From contig VYCW01000089.1 in NCBI GenBank assembly GCA_009843735.1, positions 5,598-69,597 on the forward strand: a stretch of 64,000 nucleotides of DNA, read 5' to 3'. Under the pieces are notes generated by a model. It ran no database searches, had not been told where the DNA came from, and worked only from the letters and a program-made list of their open reading frames with translations. Positions 9,289 through 18,615 of the stretch are shown here, in pieces. Position 1 is the stretch's first letter; the number at the start of each line of letters is the position of its first letter. The translations under genes and the position numbers were made by a program. This DNA comes from Acidimicrobiaceae bacterium. GTDB taxonomy: Bacteria; Actinomycetota; Acidimicrobiia; Acidimicrobiales; Aldehydirespiratoraceae.

Positions 9289-10425
9289 ATGAACGAGCCA
9301 GCCTGGACGATGGGCATCGAGGAGGAGTACCTGCTCGTCGAGCGCGACACCGGGGCCCTCATCACCAAGCAGCCTCCCGGCCTGCTGGAGAAGGTGGCCG
9401 ACCTGCGCCACGGTCTGGTGGCCAGGGAGCTGTTCAGCTCGCAGATCGAGATCGGCACGGGCGTGTGCACCAACATGAAGGAACTGCGGGCCGACATCGG
9501 GCTGTTACGCCTGGCGGTGACCGAGGCCGCCGCCGAGTACGGCATGGTGCCCATCGCGGCCTCGTCCCATCCGTTCGCGAGGTGGCACTCGCAGCAGTAC
9601 ACCGACGCGGAGCGCTACCAGGCCCTCACCAGGGATCTGCAGGCCGTGGCCCGGCGGATGGTCATCTCCGGCCTGCACGTCCATGTCGGCATCGAGGATC
9701 CCGACCTGCGGATCGACCTGATGGACCAGATGGCCTACTTCCTGCCCCACCTGCTGGCCCTGTCGACCTCGTCGCCGTTCTGGGAGGGGCGCGACACCGG
9801 CCTCAAGTGCTACCGCCTGGCGGTGGGCGAGGCGCTGCCCCGCACCGGGTTCCCGGAGAAGTTCAGCTCGTGGTCGGAGTTCGAGCGCCATGTTGAGGTG
9901 CTCGTGCAAGCCGGGATCATCGAGGACTCAACCATGGTGTGGTGGCACATCCGCCCGTCGGATCGCTACCCCACCGTGGAGATGCGGGTGACCGACCTGC
10001 CCACCAGGATGGAGGACACCATCGCGCTGGCCGCCATGTACGTCTGCCTGATGAGGATGCTCTGGCGGCTCAAGCTGGAGAACCGCCGCTGGCGCAGCTA
10101 CGCCAACTTCCTGCTGTCGGAGAACCTGTGGCGGGCGGAGCGCTACGGGATAAGCGGCGAACTCATGGACTTCGGCAAGGGTGTGCTGGTGCCCTTCGTC
10201 GACCTGCTGGAGGAGCTGATCGAGCTGGTCCGGCCCGATGCCGAGGCCCTGGACTGCACCGAGGAGATCGAGCACACCCGCACGATCTGCGAACGGGGCA
10301 CCTCCGCCGACCGCCAGCTGGCGGCGTACCACGGGGCGCTCAAGGAGGGCGCCACCGAAGACGAGGCCCTCAAGGCCGTGGTCGACCTGCTGATCGCCGA
10401 CACCCTCGCACCCCCCACCAGATAG
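9289..10425 (+). CDS. ybdK: YbdK-family carboxylate-amine ligase (glutamate--cysteine ligase 2)
   Basis: TMGIEEEY, QIE, GLHVHVG, SSPFW and TVEMR motifs. Confidence 0.9.
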   Translation: MNEPAWTMGIEEEYLLVERDTGALITKQPPGLLEKVADLRHGLVARELFSSQIEIGTGVCTNMKELRADIGLLRLAVTEAAAEYGMVPIAASSHPFARWHSQQYTDAERYQALTRDLQAVARRMVISGLHVHVGIEDPDLRIDLMDQMAYFLPHLLALSTSSPFWEGRDTGLKCYRLAVGEALPRTGFPEKFSSWSEFERHVEVLVQAGIIEDSTMVWWHIRPSDRYPTVEMRVTDLPTRMEDTIALAAMYVCLMRMLWRLKLENRRWRSYANFLLSENLWRAERYGISGELMDFGKGVLVPFVDLLEELIELVRPDAEALDCTEEIEHTRTICERGTSADRQLAAYHGALKEGATEDEALKAVVDLLIADTLAPPTR

Positions 10426-10462
10426 CTGCCGCTAGCTCGCCCTGGCTTCGAATTCGCCTCCC

Positions 10463-10539
10463 GGCCGGCGGGTCCTGTCACGGGCGCGCCCTGGCGCCGC
10501 AAGCGGCGCCATTGCTTGCCACCGTGCCACCCCCCGGCC
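10463..10539. repeat. Intergenic nested stem-loop with GCAA tetraloop
   Basis: ggccgg..gggt..cacgg pairs with ccgtg..accc..ccggcc around the perfect hairpin ggcgccgcaagcggcgcc. Confidence 0.45.
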
Positions 10540-10586
10540 TTGCCGTCGATCCCCCAGCACGCTTGGCGCGCGCGTATGCTGGCGAC

Positions 10587-10844
10587 GTGGCCGGAGCGGT
10601 GGTGATGGTGATCGTGCTGGTGGTGCTGTTCCCGGTGGTCGTGCTGATGGGCACCGGGATACTGGCTGCTGCCCTGGGCAGCTTCCTCAAGGCCGACTCC
10701 GACGCCGCCAACCGCAGCGACGACGGCCCCAACGAGTACCTGGAGCTGGCCCGCAAGGAAGCCGAGACCGGCTATCCCCAGCTCGATGACGGGCACGGCG
10801 GGCGCCGGCGGCTCAACCTCCCAGGACGACTTCGCCGTTCCTAG
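10587..10844 (+). CDS. Small membrane protein (hypothetical)
   Basis: Hydrophobic N-terminal half (VAGAVVMVIVLVVLFPVVVLMG); TATGCT 6 nt before GTG. Confidence 0.6.
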   Translation: MAGAVVMVIVLVVLFPVVVLMGTGILAAALGSFLKADSDAANRSDDGPNEYLELARKEAETGYPQLDDGHGGRRRLNLPGRLRRS

Positions 10845-10856
10845 AGGCCAAGACGC

Positions 10857-12452
10857 CTACCGGTCGGTGGGCCAGACCGGCGGGCATCTCCGGTCGATCC
10901 AGACCGCGGCGGCCACCGCGGCGAACACTGCATCGCTGCCGTTGACCGGCTCGGAGCCCTTGTCGACGACCTCGACCCGCACCTGCGGCATGTCGGCCGC
11001 GCTGACGATGCCGAAGGAGCGAACGGTGAGGTCGCGGACGGTGCCTTCTGGATCGACTCCGAGCGATTCGCTGGTCACCCACGAGTAGGCCATGTGGGCC
11101 GCGCCACTGCAGTAGGAGCGCAGAACGGTCTCGTCGAGGGCCCGGCCGGCCTGCACCTGCACGCTGATCGTCCCGTCGGCCTCCACCGTGGCGGTCGCCG
11201 AGCCACCCCCGGGACAGGCGATCCAGCCCGGCTCGCCCCGGACCGCGGCCAGCAGCGCCGCGGCCTCGGCCCAGCCCGCGCCCCTCACCTGCGAGGACGT
11301 CGGCGGTCCGGGCACATCGACCTCGGTCACGGCCAGTCCCGGCGCGTGCGCCCGGATCGCGGCGGCAATGCCCGGAGTGCGGGCCACCACCATCTCGCCG
11401 GTGCCGTCGGGCCGCACACCGGCAGCCACCGGCGGGCGCTTGGGGCCGAGCTCGGCCGTATCGGGACGGGACCACAGTACCCTCACCGGCTCGCCGTGGC
11501 GGTCGGCCAACCGGCGGGCAGCCTCGGCCACCGGCGACTGGAGCTTGCCCCCGAAGGCGCCGCCGTTGCCGAGCGGGGAGGCGGGCTCGCCGCCGGGCTC
11601 GCACCAGGCTGCGTCGGTCTCCAGGTACCCGGGCTCGGTCCAGTTCGTGCGCAGGGTGGCCGCCCAGTCCCCGGTCGGTACTTCCAGCGGCGGATCCCAG
11701 CTGGCGGTGGTGCGACGGCCGGGCACGCGGGCCGCGAGCCGCCGAGCCTCGACCAGGGTCTCGGCCACCACCCAGCCGTCGTCGTCGGCTGCCTCGCAGC
11801 CCTCTCCAGCCCGCACCGCCACCAGCGCGCCGTCCGGTGCGATGTCATCGGCGAAGCCGCCGGCTCCGAGAGCCACATGGGGCCCGGTCGACTGCAGCGT
11901 GCCTCCCTCGATGGTGGCCCGAAGGTCGGCGTCGGCCCGCCGGCCCGCGTCTCCGGGTCCCGCCACCTCGACCTGGCCGACCAGATGGGGGTACGCCTCC
12001 CAGGCGTCGAGGATGGGCTGCCAGCCGGTGCAGCGGCACAGATGGGCAGCCAGCGCCCGCGCCGCGGCATCCCGGTCGTCGTGGTCGGCACCCTTGACCT
12101 GCAGGCCTGCGAACCGGCAGATGATCCCGGGCGTGCAGAAGCCGCACTGGCTGCCGCCCGTGGCTGCGAACGCTCGAGCCCAGCCGTCCCGCACCCCAGC
12201 GTCGAGCCCTTCGAGGGTGGTGATGGCCCGGCCCGCCACCCGCCGGGCCGGGGTGACGCACGCCACTCGGGGCTGGCCGTCCACCAGCACGGTGCAGCAG
12301 CCGCACTGGCCCTGCGGGCTGCACCCGTCCTTCACCGAGCGCACCCCGAGCTGCTCCCGCAGCACGTCCAGCAGCGTCAGCCCCTCGTCCGCGACGACCA
12401 CCGCCGCGCCGTCAACAACAATCTCGAAGCCTTCACCAACCCCAGCAGCCAT
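10857..12452 (-). CDS. 2Fe-2S domain fused to a shortened molybdopterin-binding (xanthine dehydrogenase-like) domain
   Basis: VKDGCSPQGQCGCC, QCGFCTPG, CRCTG, EPGYLE and GNGGAFGGK motifs. Confidence 0.75.
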   Translation of the reverse strand: MAAGVGEGFEIVVDGAAVVVADEGLTLLDVLREQLGVRSVKDGCSPQGQCGCCTVLVDGQPRVACVTPARRVAGRAITTLEGLDAGVRDGWARAFAATGGSQCGFCTPGIICRFAGLQVKGADHDDRDAAARALAAHLCRCTGWQPILDAWEAYPHLVGQVEVAGPGDAGRRADADLRATIEGGTLQSTGPHVALGAGGFADDIAPDGALVAVRAGEGCEAADDDGWVVAETLVEARRLAARVPGRRTTASWDPPLEVPTGDWAATLRTNWTEPGYLETDAAWCEPGGEPASPLGNGGAFGGKLQSPVAEAARRLADRHGEPVRVLWSRPDTAELGPKRPPVAAGVRPDGTGEMVVARTPGIAAAIRAHAPGLAVTEVDVPGPPTSSQVRGAGWAEAAALLAAVRGEPGWIACPGGGSATATVEADGTISVQVQAGRALDETVLRSYCSGAAHMAYSWVTSESLGVDPEGTVRDLTVRSFGIVSAADMPQVRVEVVDKGSEPVNGSDAVFAAVAAAVWIDRRCPPVWPTDR

Positions 12453-12508
12453 AACCCCGCAGGCTAGATCGGACAAGCGGGATGCCCGAGGAGCGGCTCC
12501 GGAACGCG

Positions 12509-12934
12509 TCAGCCCGGTGTCGCCAGGGTCACGCCCGCGAAGCGCAGGAATCCCCTGTCGTACGACACGACTTCGCAACGGTGCTCGATCGCGAGAGCGG
12601 CCAAGTGCGCGTCATTGACGAGGTTCCCTCCAGTCCCCAGCGGATCGAGTAGGTCGCGTACAAGGGCGAGGTGGCGAGCGGTCGGTTCCACGACTACGGC
12701 AGAGGGCTGAGCCAGCCAGTCTTCGGCTTGCCGGATCGCCTCTTGGGGAGACAGAGGGGCGGGGAACAGGCGCCGGCTGGTGGTCAGCCGAAGAAACGCC
12801 AGCAACGCCACCCATGAGAACGCAACGGTGGCACCGCCGCTGAGCGCCCCATCGAGCCAGTCTCGCGACTCTGGATGCCGGGGCGCGTCCGTGTTGACCG
12901 CGTAGATGAGGACATTGGCGTCAACCAGCTTCAC
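12509..12934 (-). CDS. vapC: VapC PIN-domain toxin
   Basis: VDANVLIYA, DAHLAALA and SYDRGF PIN acidic residues. Confidence 0.9.
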   Translation of the reverse strand: MKLVDANVLIYAVNTDAPRHPESRDWLDGALSGGATVAFSWVALLAFLRLTTSRRLFPAPLSPQEAIRQAEDWLAQPSAVVVEPTARHLALVRDLLDPLGTGGNLVNDAHLAALAIEHRCEVVSYDRGFLRFAGVTLATPG

Positions 12935-13185
12935 GAACCGATCTCCATCCGCCGGAGAAGTTCATCGTCCTCCAGCTTGCCGGCAATCTGCAGTGCCTTA
13001 TCCAGATCGACCGTCGGAAGCCCCATGGACCTGGTCGTCGTCCTGAACTCCGGTGGTCCATCGATCGAGGCCCGTCCCTCGCGGACTAGGTCGTTGAGTG
13101 CCTGCTTGAAGGAGATCCGGTGCTCGTTCATCCGCTGCCGGATGATCTGCTCGGTGTCAGCGTCCAAAGTAACTGTAGTCCTCAT
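12931..13185 (-). CDS. vapB: VapB RHH antitoxin
   Basis: MRTTVTLD...SFKQALNDLVR; 4-nt overlap with vapC. Confidence 0.9.
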   Translation of the reverse strand: MRTTVTLDADTEQIIRQRMNEHRISFKQALNDLVREGRASIDGPPEFRTTTRSMGLPTVDLDKALQIAGKLEDDELLRRMEIGS

Positions 13186-13187
13186 GG

Positions 13188-13227
13188 TGACAGCATAGCA
13201 TCATTGCCATTAGTGCATTGCTGTCAA
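13188..13227 (-). promoter_or_regulatory. vapBC promoter/operator inverted repeat
   Basis: TGACAGCA...TGCTGTCA inverted repeat; minus strand has TTGACA and TATGCT 6 nt before ATG; third half-site at 13256-13263. Confidence 0.65.
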
Positions 13228-13412
13228 GACGAATCTGGGACTGCGATCCCTAGTGTGACAGCAGACTATATGGGCGCCAGGGCGACACTCGTACCAACCA
13301 CCGACGTCACGCGAGAGCTATGGGAATCCCCAGTGGCGCAGGTACGCGAGGCGGATCTCCTACTGGGAACGCACGCAACTGTGCCCGAGCGCCGCCCGTC
13401 TCAAGCGGCGGG

Positions 13413-13733
13413 CTAGCTGAAGCTCTGGCCGCAGCCGCAGCTTCGCTGGGCGTTGGGGTTGTCGATCGAGAACCCGGCTGACTGCAAGCCGTCGGAGTAG
13501 TCGAGCGTGGCTCCATCGAGCAGCATCGCCGACGAAGGGTCGACCACCACCTGGACGTCCCCGAACGTCGACTTGGTGTCGCCGTCGCCGACGTCGGTAT
13601 CAAAATACATCTCATACGAGAAGCCCGAACAACCTCCCGGCCGGACCGCGACCCGAAGCGCTAGCCCCTCCTCGTTCTCGGCTTCAATCAGCTCCGACAC
13701 CTTGGCCGACGCCTTCTCGGTGAGTGTGATCAT
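13413..13733 (-). CDS. iscA: A-type Fe-S carrier HesB/IscA/ErpA
   Basis: GGCSG and CGCGQSF motifs. Confidence 0.9.
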   Translation of the reverse strand: MITLTEKASAKVSELIEAENEEGLALRVAVRPGGCSGFSYEMYFDTDVGDGDTKSTFGDVQVVVDPSSAMLLDGATLDYSDGLQSAGFSIDNPNAQRSCGCGQSFS

Positions 13734-13852
13734 GATGGCTCCCCATGCGGTGAGTGAGGTGCGACTGCTCTGGAGCCAACCTACCCACCACCGGCAGGTA
13801 CTGCTACCGACCGACCAGATTGGCCCGGCAAGCACCACGGTAGCATCGGACC

Positions 13853-15025
13853 GTGACCACGACCGTGCCGACGGCCGAGGACGTCCTGGAACTGATGCGG
13901 GGTGTGGTCGATCCTGAACTGGGCAGCAACCTGGTGGAGCTGGGCATGGCCCGGGGCGCGCAGGTGTCCGATGACGGGCTGGTGCGCATCGAGATCGCCC
14001 TGACCACGGCGGGCTGCCCGCTGCGAGCCCAGATCCAGAAGGACGTGAAGGCCCGGCTGGAGTCCCTCCCGGGAGTCACCAAGGTGCGCATCGTGTGGGC
14101 CGAGCTGACCGCCGAGGAGAAGACAGCGGCCATGGCCAAGGCCCGCTTCAACGTGTCGCAGCGGGCGCCGGACACGGCCATCCCGCCCACCACCAAGGTG
14201 CTCATGGTGGCCAGCGGCAAGGGCGGCGTGGGCAAGTCCACGGTGACCACCAACCTGGCGGCCGCGCTCGCGGAGGAAGGGTTCAGCGTCGGGGTGATGG
14301 ACGCCGACATCTGGGGGTACTCGGTTCCCCGGATGCTGGGCGTGGACGGGGACCTGCACTCCCGCGACGGCAAGATCGTGCCCCTCACCCGGGCCGTCGG
14401 CGACGGCCGTCTCGAGGTGGTGTCGATGGGCTTCCTGGTCGACCGGGAGGACTCGGCGCTGATGTGGCGGGGCCTGATGCTCAACCGGGCCGTGCAGCAC
14501 TTCTGCGAGGACGTCCGCTGGAGCGACGACCTCGACTACCTGCTGATCGACATGCCGCCCGGCACCGGCGACGTGCAGATGGGCCTGGCCAAGATGCTGC
14601 CTCGAGCCGAGATGATCATCGTGACCACCCCGGCGACGGCCGCCCAGAAGGTGGCGGCCAGGGTGGTGGACATGGGCCGCAAGAACTACCTGCGCATCGT
14701 GGGCGTGGTCGAGAACATGAGCTACCTGGCCACCCCCGACGGCGGGCATCACGCCGTGTTCGGCTCGGGAGGGGGCGAGGCCCTCGCCGCGGAGGTCGGT
14801 GCGCCGCTGCTGGGCCGCATCCCCCTCGAGGCTGCCGTGGCCGACGGTTTCGACACCGGCGAGCCCGCCGTGCTGGGCGACGGCCCGGCAGCCGAGGCCT
14901 TCAAGGCGGCGGCCCAAGCCCTGTCGGAGGAGCACGTGCCACCGGTGGAGATGGCCGGCTGCAGCGCCCGCATGCTGGAAGCCGCCGTGGCCGCGCTCGA
15001 CGCGGTGGACACGGCCGAAGCCTGA
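13853..15025 (+). CDS. mrp: Mrp/NBP35 Fe-S carrier ATPase with N-terminal DUF59 domain
   Basis: DPELG, TTAGCP, SGKGGVGKS, DMPPGTGD and ENMS motifs. Confidence 0.92.
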   Translation: MTTTVPTAEDVLELMRGVVDPELGSNLVELGMARGAQVSDDGLVRIEIALTTAGCPLRAQIQKDVKARLESLPGVTKVRIVWAELTAEEKTAAMAKARFNVSQRAPDTAIPPTTKVLMVASGKGGVGKSTVTTNLAAALAEEGFSVGVMDADIWGYSVPRMLGVDGDLHSRDGKIVPLTRAVGDGRLEVVSMGFLVDREDSALMWRGLMLNRAVQHFCEDVRWSDDLDYLLIDMPPGTGDVQMGLAKMLPRAEMIIVTTPATAAQKVAARVVDMGRKNYLRIVGVVENMSYLATPDGGHHAVFGSGGGEALAAEVGAPLLGRIPLEAAVADGFDTGEPAVLGDGPAAEAFKAAAQALSEEHVPPVEMAGCSARMLEAAVAALDAVDTAEA

Positions 15026-15071
15026 CGGGCTGTCCCTAGGAACTTCTGTCGATTATCCACCTCTCGGGTGG

Positions 15072-15875
15072 CTAATTCACGGAAGTTCGGGGGTCGTCCA
15101 ACTCAACCGTCAATCCGGGGCCGAGTTCTTGGTCGACACGGTGCTGGAACATGGGGACCAGCATCGAAGAGGGCATCACGCATTCGGCGCAGGCCTCGTC
15201 GGGAATGTGGAGCCGGAACGTGATGCGGCTCCCGGACTGCTCGGCGGTCAGGTCGGCGCGGTCAGCCCGGAGAGCCACAGCCAGGGACTCCACCACCGCG
15301 TCGAGGCTCCCCGGTCCGGCACCAGCGGCGGCGACGGGGCCGGCCTCGCCGTGCAGCAGCAGGCTCTCGACCGCGGGCGTGACCGCGTCGGCCAGAGCGG
15401 TCACCTGGTCCTCCGAGAGGCTGCCGATCGGATGCGGGACGGTGGCGAACGGGTAGTCGGCGAAGCCCTGCAGCTCGGCCATGACCTTGCCGGTGGTCGT
15501 GAAGGGCTCGGTCACGATGGCGGCCGCGGGCAGGCCGAGCTCCTCGAACCGGACGGCGTCGAGCACACTGCCCGACGAGCAGCTGCCTCAATCGCCGATG
15601 GCGGCGATGATGGCAGTGGCGTCGGCGGCCAGCATCTCGATGTCGGCCGGTTCCGCCGGGAAGCTGGAGTCGGGCTTAGTGACCAGGATCGTCGTGCCGC
15701 TGATGCGGTGCCGGGCGGCGAGGTTCTCGGCCACCCGCTGGAGGATCTCGCGGCCGCGGGCCTTGCCGTTGTTGACCAGCCCCAGCACCGCGCCGTCGAG
15801 GCTGGCCGGCCTGGGGGCGAGCCTCCTGCCCGCGGAGACCGGGGAGAGGGTCGGGTCGACGAGGGTGACGGTCAT
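15072..15875 (-). CDS. UGSC-family selenoprotein (Sec at TGA 15588-15590) with C-terminal NifU-like CxxC domain
   Basis: ORFs 15588-15875 and 15072-15566 are in one frame: ATC GGC GAT TGA GGC AGC TGC = I-G-D-U-G-S-C; N-terminal LVNNGK; C-terminal CAECVMP; selA/selB nearby. Confidence 0.88.
15555..15587 (-). promoter_or_regulatory. Bacterial SECIS-like hairpin
   Basis: CGUCGGGCA-GUG-UGCUCGACG 9-bp stem; G-first apical loop begins 19 nt after the UGA. Confidence 0.65.
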
Positions 15876-16954
15876 GGGCTGACAATCTCCTGAGTGATCA
15901 GCGGGACGCTGCGGTCCCGGCTCCAGGTAGGGAAGAAGGCCGAGTGCCCGCCGGCGTCACCGCCACCGACCATGAGGGCGATGTCATCCGGGCCGGTCCC
16001 CCGCCGTACGAGGATGTCCTCGTCGCCGGGATGGATGGCCGGGTCCGACGCCATCCACCACACCGGGTCGAAGCCCTCGACGAAGCCGGACGGCTCGACC
16101 TTGCCGCCCCGCTTGACCTCCGCGTACGAGCGGGCCGAGTGCTCGAACAGGTACTCCTGCACCTGGCCCCGGGTCCAGCCCGAGGCCGTGATCTTGCGGG
16201 CGTGCTCGGGCGCGAACACGATCAGCGACCGGCCCGAGCTGAGCGATCCGAACGCGGCCATCGTGTCGGCGAAGGTTCCCAGCAGCTGGGCGACGTCCGA
16301 GGAGGCGTGGTTCACCACGTTATGGCCCGACTCGGCGGCCATGATCGTGACCGTGTTCTGCGACCGCTCGTAGCCCCGGGACACGTGGAACGGCTCCCAG
16401 GGGCATGACGCCTCGTCCTCGCCGAAGCACATCGCGTACTTGCCGGCCCAGCCCTGGGTGCTCTTGTCCAGCGTTCCGGGAATGGCCATGAGGCAGTTGC
16501 GCAGCACGAGGCGGACGGTGCGGCCGATGGTGGCGTTGGCCCGGAAGCCCGGACCGAACAGGTTCTCCTTGCAGTGGATGCCGATCTCGTCGCGGACGGG
16601 CCCGTTGACCGCGACAAGGACGGCGGCCCCGCCGGTGCTGGCCGCCACCGCGTGCAGACCGAAGGCAGGCTCGCTCATCGCCTGCAGGGCCGCGCCCACA
16701 ACCGGGAAGTACTCGGGAAGGCAGCCGGCCATGACTGCGTTAACCGCAGCCTTGCGGGCGGTGACGGCCAGGTCCCGCCACGGGTCCTGGAGCAGCACGT
16801 CACCGGCTGACCACACCCCGCCGGCCAGCATGGCGTCAACCAGCGGCTCGGTAGGAGGCACCACCGGCAGCCCGTCGGTCCAGCCGGCGTCGTAGCAGGC
16901 TTCGATGGCCTCCCACGGATCGTCCACCCGCCGGTCGAGACGAACAGGAATCAC
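15872..16954 (-). CDS. Conserved GWTDGLP-motif protein, usual partner of UGSC proteins (function unknown)
   Basis: GWTDGLPVVPPT, AVNAVMAGC, RANATIGR and VGGGDAGGH motifs; ATGA overlap with the UGSC gene. Confidence 0.8.
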   Translation of the reverse strand: MIPVRLDRRVDDPWEAIEACYDAGWTDGLPVVPPTEPLVDAMLAGGVWSAGDVLLQDPWRDLAVTARKAAVNAVMAGCLPEYFPVVGAALQAMSEPAFGLHAVAASTGGAAVLVAVNGPVRDEIGIHCKENLFGPGFRANATIGRTVRLVLRNCLMAIPGTLDKSTQGWAGKYAMCFGEDEASCPWEPFHVSRGYERSQNTVTIMAAESGHNVVNHASSDVAQLLGTFADTMAAFGSLSSGRSLIVFAPEHARKITASGWTRGQVQEYLFEHSARSYAEVKRGGKVEPSGFVEGFDPVWWMASDPAIHPGDEDILVRRGTGPDDIALMVGGGDAGGHSAFFPTWSRDRSVPLITQEIVSP

Positions 16955-17003
16955 TGAACCCGAAGGATACGGAGCGAACCGAGACGCCGCGCGTGCCCTG
17001 CGT

Positions 17004-18593
17004 CTACGGCTGGGGCAGGGCCACCGGGGCCTCGAATGTCGAGCGGAACTCCTCGGCGAGGAGGCGGGCCACCTCGGCGTGGCCGGCGTTGTTGAGGTGG
17101 AAGCTCCGGTACCAGCCCGTCAGCGGGTTGGTACCCACGTGGGTGATGCCGTGAATGAAGTCGGTTCCCCGCCCGCACACTTCGTGGCGGCCCTCACGGA
17201 ACGGGGTGTAGGTGTCCACGTAGTAGACCCGCTCGGTGCCGAGCGCTTCGTTGGCCTGGCGAACCGCCGCGGCCAACTGCCGGTTGAGGTGCCCGGCCAA
17301 CCGGCCCAGCCGGTCGACGGTGTCGGGCTTGTACAGCACCCGGCACGGGTCGAACAGCCTCCATTCGCCGGAGGGCGCGACCAAGCTCGGGTAGCCGATC
17401 ACGTACAGGCGGCCCCGCTCGGTAAGGCGCCCGGTGACGATCTCGCGGTAGAAGTCGGAGATCGACCCGTACTGCTGGCCGTCGATGCGGAGGGCGCAGC
17501 CGTAATCCGGGCTCGAAGCTCTGCGGGTGGTGCCAGGGCACGTCCTTGCAGGATCGATGAGGCCGTCGATACGAGCCTGCAGCGCCGCCTCCGACGGGCA
17601 GCCGACGAGGAGCTCGGTGATCCGGGTGAACGGGACGCAGGCCAGGACCACCTCCTCGAAGCCGACGTCGTTGCCGCCCAGCGACAGCGTGACCACATCC
17701 ACCCGTCGCGGCCCGCCGAGGCTCTCGACGTGCTCCTCCCACATCGACATCCGCCCCGATGCCTGAGATCTCCGGTTGAACATGTCCTCCACGAACCCGC
17801 CCTCGCAGGCGGTGTGGGTGTGGCTGATCGTCCACCCCTGCCGCCGGAGCAACTCCACCGCGGCCGGGCCGGCCGCAAGCGGGCTTCGCCGGCACGGCCC
17901 CTCGGCGTGCGGATCGGTTCCGGTGCCCGACGAGTAGGAATCGCCCGCGGACAGCCATGTCACGGTGGCGTTGAACCGCAGCGCCCGGTGAAGGAACGAA
18001 GCCATCTGAGCCCGGGTGACAGCCACGCTCGGGCAGTAGCGGGCCGGACTCCGGGTGCATCCCGCGGTGATGCCGGCGGCGGCCAGCGCGTCGATGGCTG
18101 ATCGGTGGACGCTGCGGTCGGTGTCGGTGAACCCCGCCGGGGGTGCCGGGCTAAGCCTGAACGCCCGGGACAGGAAGGTGGCCATCTCGGCCCGGCTGAC
18201 CGGCCGCTGCGGGCAGAAGCGGGCCGGGCCGGTCCCGCACCCAGCGGTCACGCCCAGATCGGCGAGCCGTTCCACGTGCGGCGCCCACCATCGCCACGAC
18301 TCGATGTCGGCGAAGCGCGAGGCGCCCGATCGCGGGGGGTCGTCCCCGTCGAGGGCCCGCACCAGCCACACCGCCATCGCCCAGCGGGGCAGCGGCTCCC
18401 GCGGGCACAGCCGGTCGGAGGTGCAGCCGGTGCCGCGCAGGATTCCGGCGGCGTCGAGCGCCTCAACCGCGCTCTGGTGTACGCCCGCGTCGGCAAGGTC
18501 GGATGGCTGTGCTCCGGCGATGGCCGGGACAGCTCCGAACATCGCGATGGAAGCTGTCGCGAACGCCAGGACCAATCGGCTCGATGGCCTCAT
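17004..18593 (-). CDS. Secreted SLH-domain protein with SGNH/GDSL hydrolase domain
   Basis: Signal peptide; three SLH-like repeats (GVTAGC..FCP..VSRAEMA); GDSYSSG, GGND and terminal H. Confidence 0.8.
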   Translation of the reverse strand: MRPSSRLVLAFATASIAMFGAVPAIAGAQPSDLADAGVHQSAVEALDAAGILRGTGCTSDRLCPREPLPRWAMAVWLVRALDGDDPPRSGASRFADIESWRWWAPHVERLADLGVTAGCGTGPARFCPQRPVSRAEMATFLSRAFRLSPAPPAGFTDTDRSVHRSAIDALAAAGITAGCTRSPARYCPSVAVTRAQMASFLHRALRFNATVTWLSAGDSYSSGTGTDPHAEGPCRRSPLAAGPAAVELLRRQGWTISHTHTACEGGFVEDMFNRRSQASGRMSMWEEHVESLGGPRRVDVVTLSLGGNDVGFEEVVLACVPFTRITELLVGCPSEAALQARIDGLIDPARTCPGTTRRASSPDYGCALRIDGQQYGSISDFYREIVTGRLTERGRLYVIGYPSLVAPSGEWRLFDPCRVLYKPDTVDRLGRLAGHLNRQLAAAVRQANEALGTERVYYVDTYTPFREGRHEVCGRGTDFIHGITHVGTNPLTGWYRSFHLNNAGHAEVARLLAEEFRSTFEAPVALPQP

Positions 18594-18615
18594 CCAAGGA
18601 TGTGTAGCTGACCGG

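Noticed and set aside
15588-15590. TGA as a true stop or pseudogene lesion, giving two small ORFs
   Set aside because: The in-frame UGSC motif, SECIS-like hairpin and nearby selA/selB favour selenocysteine.
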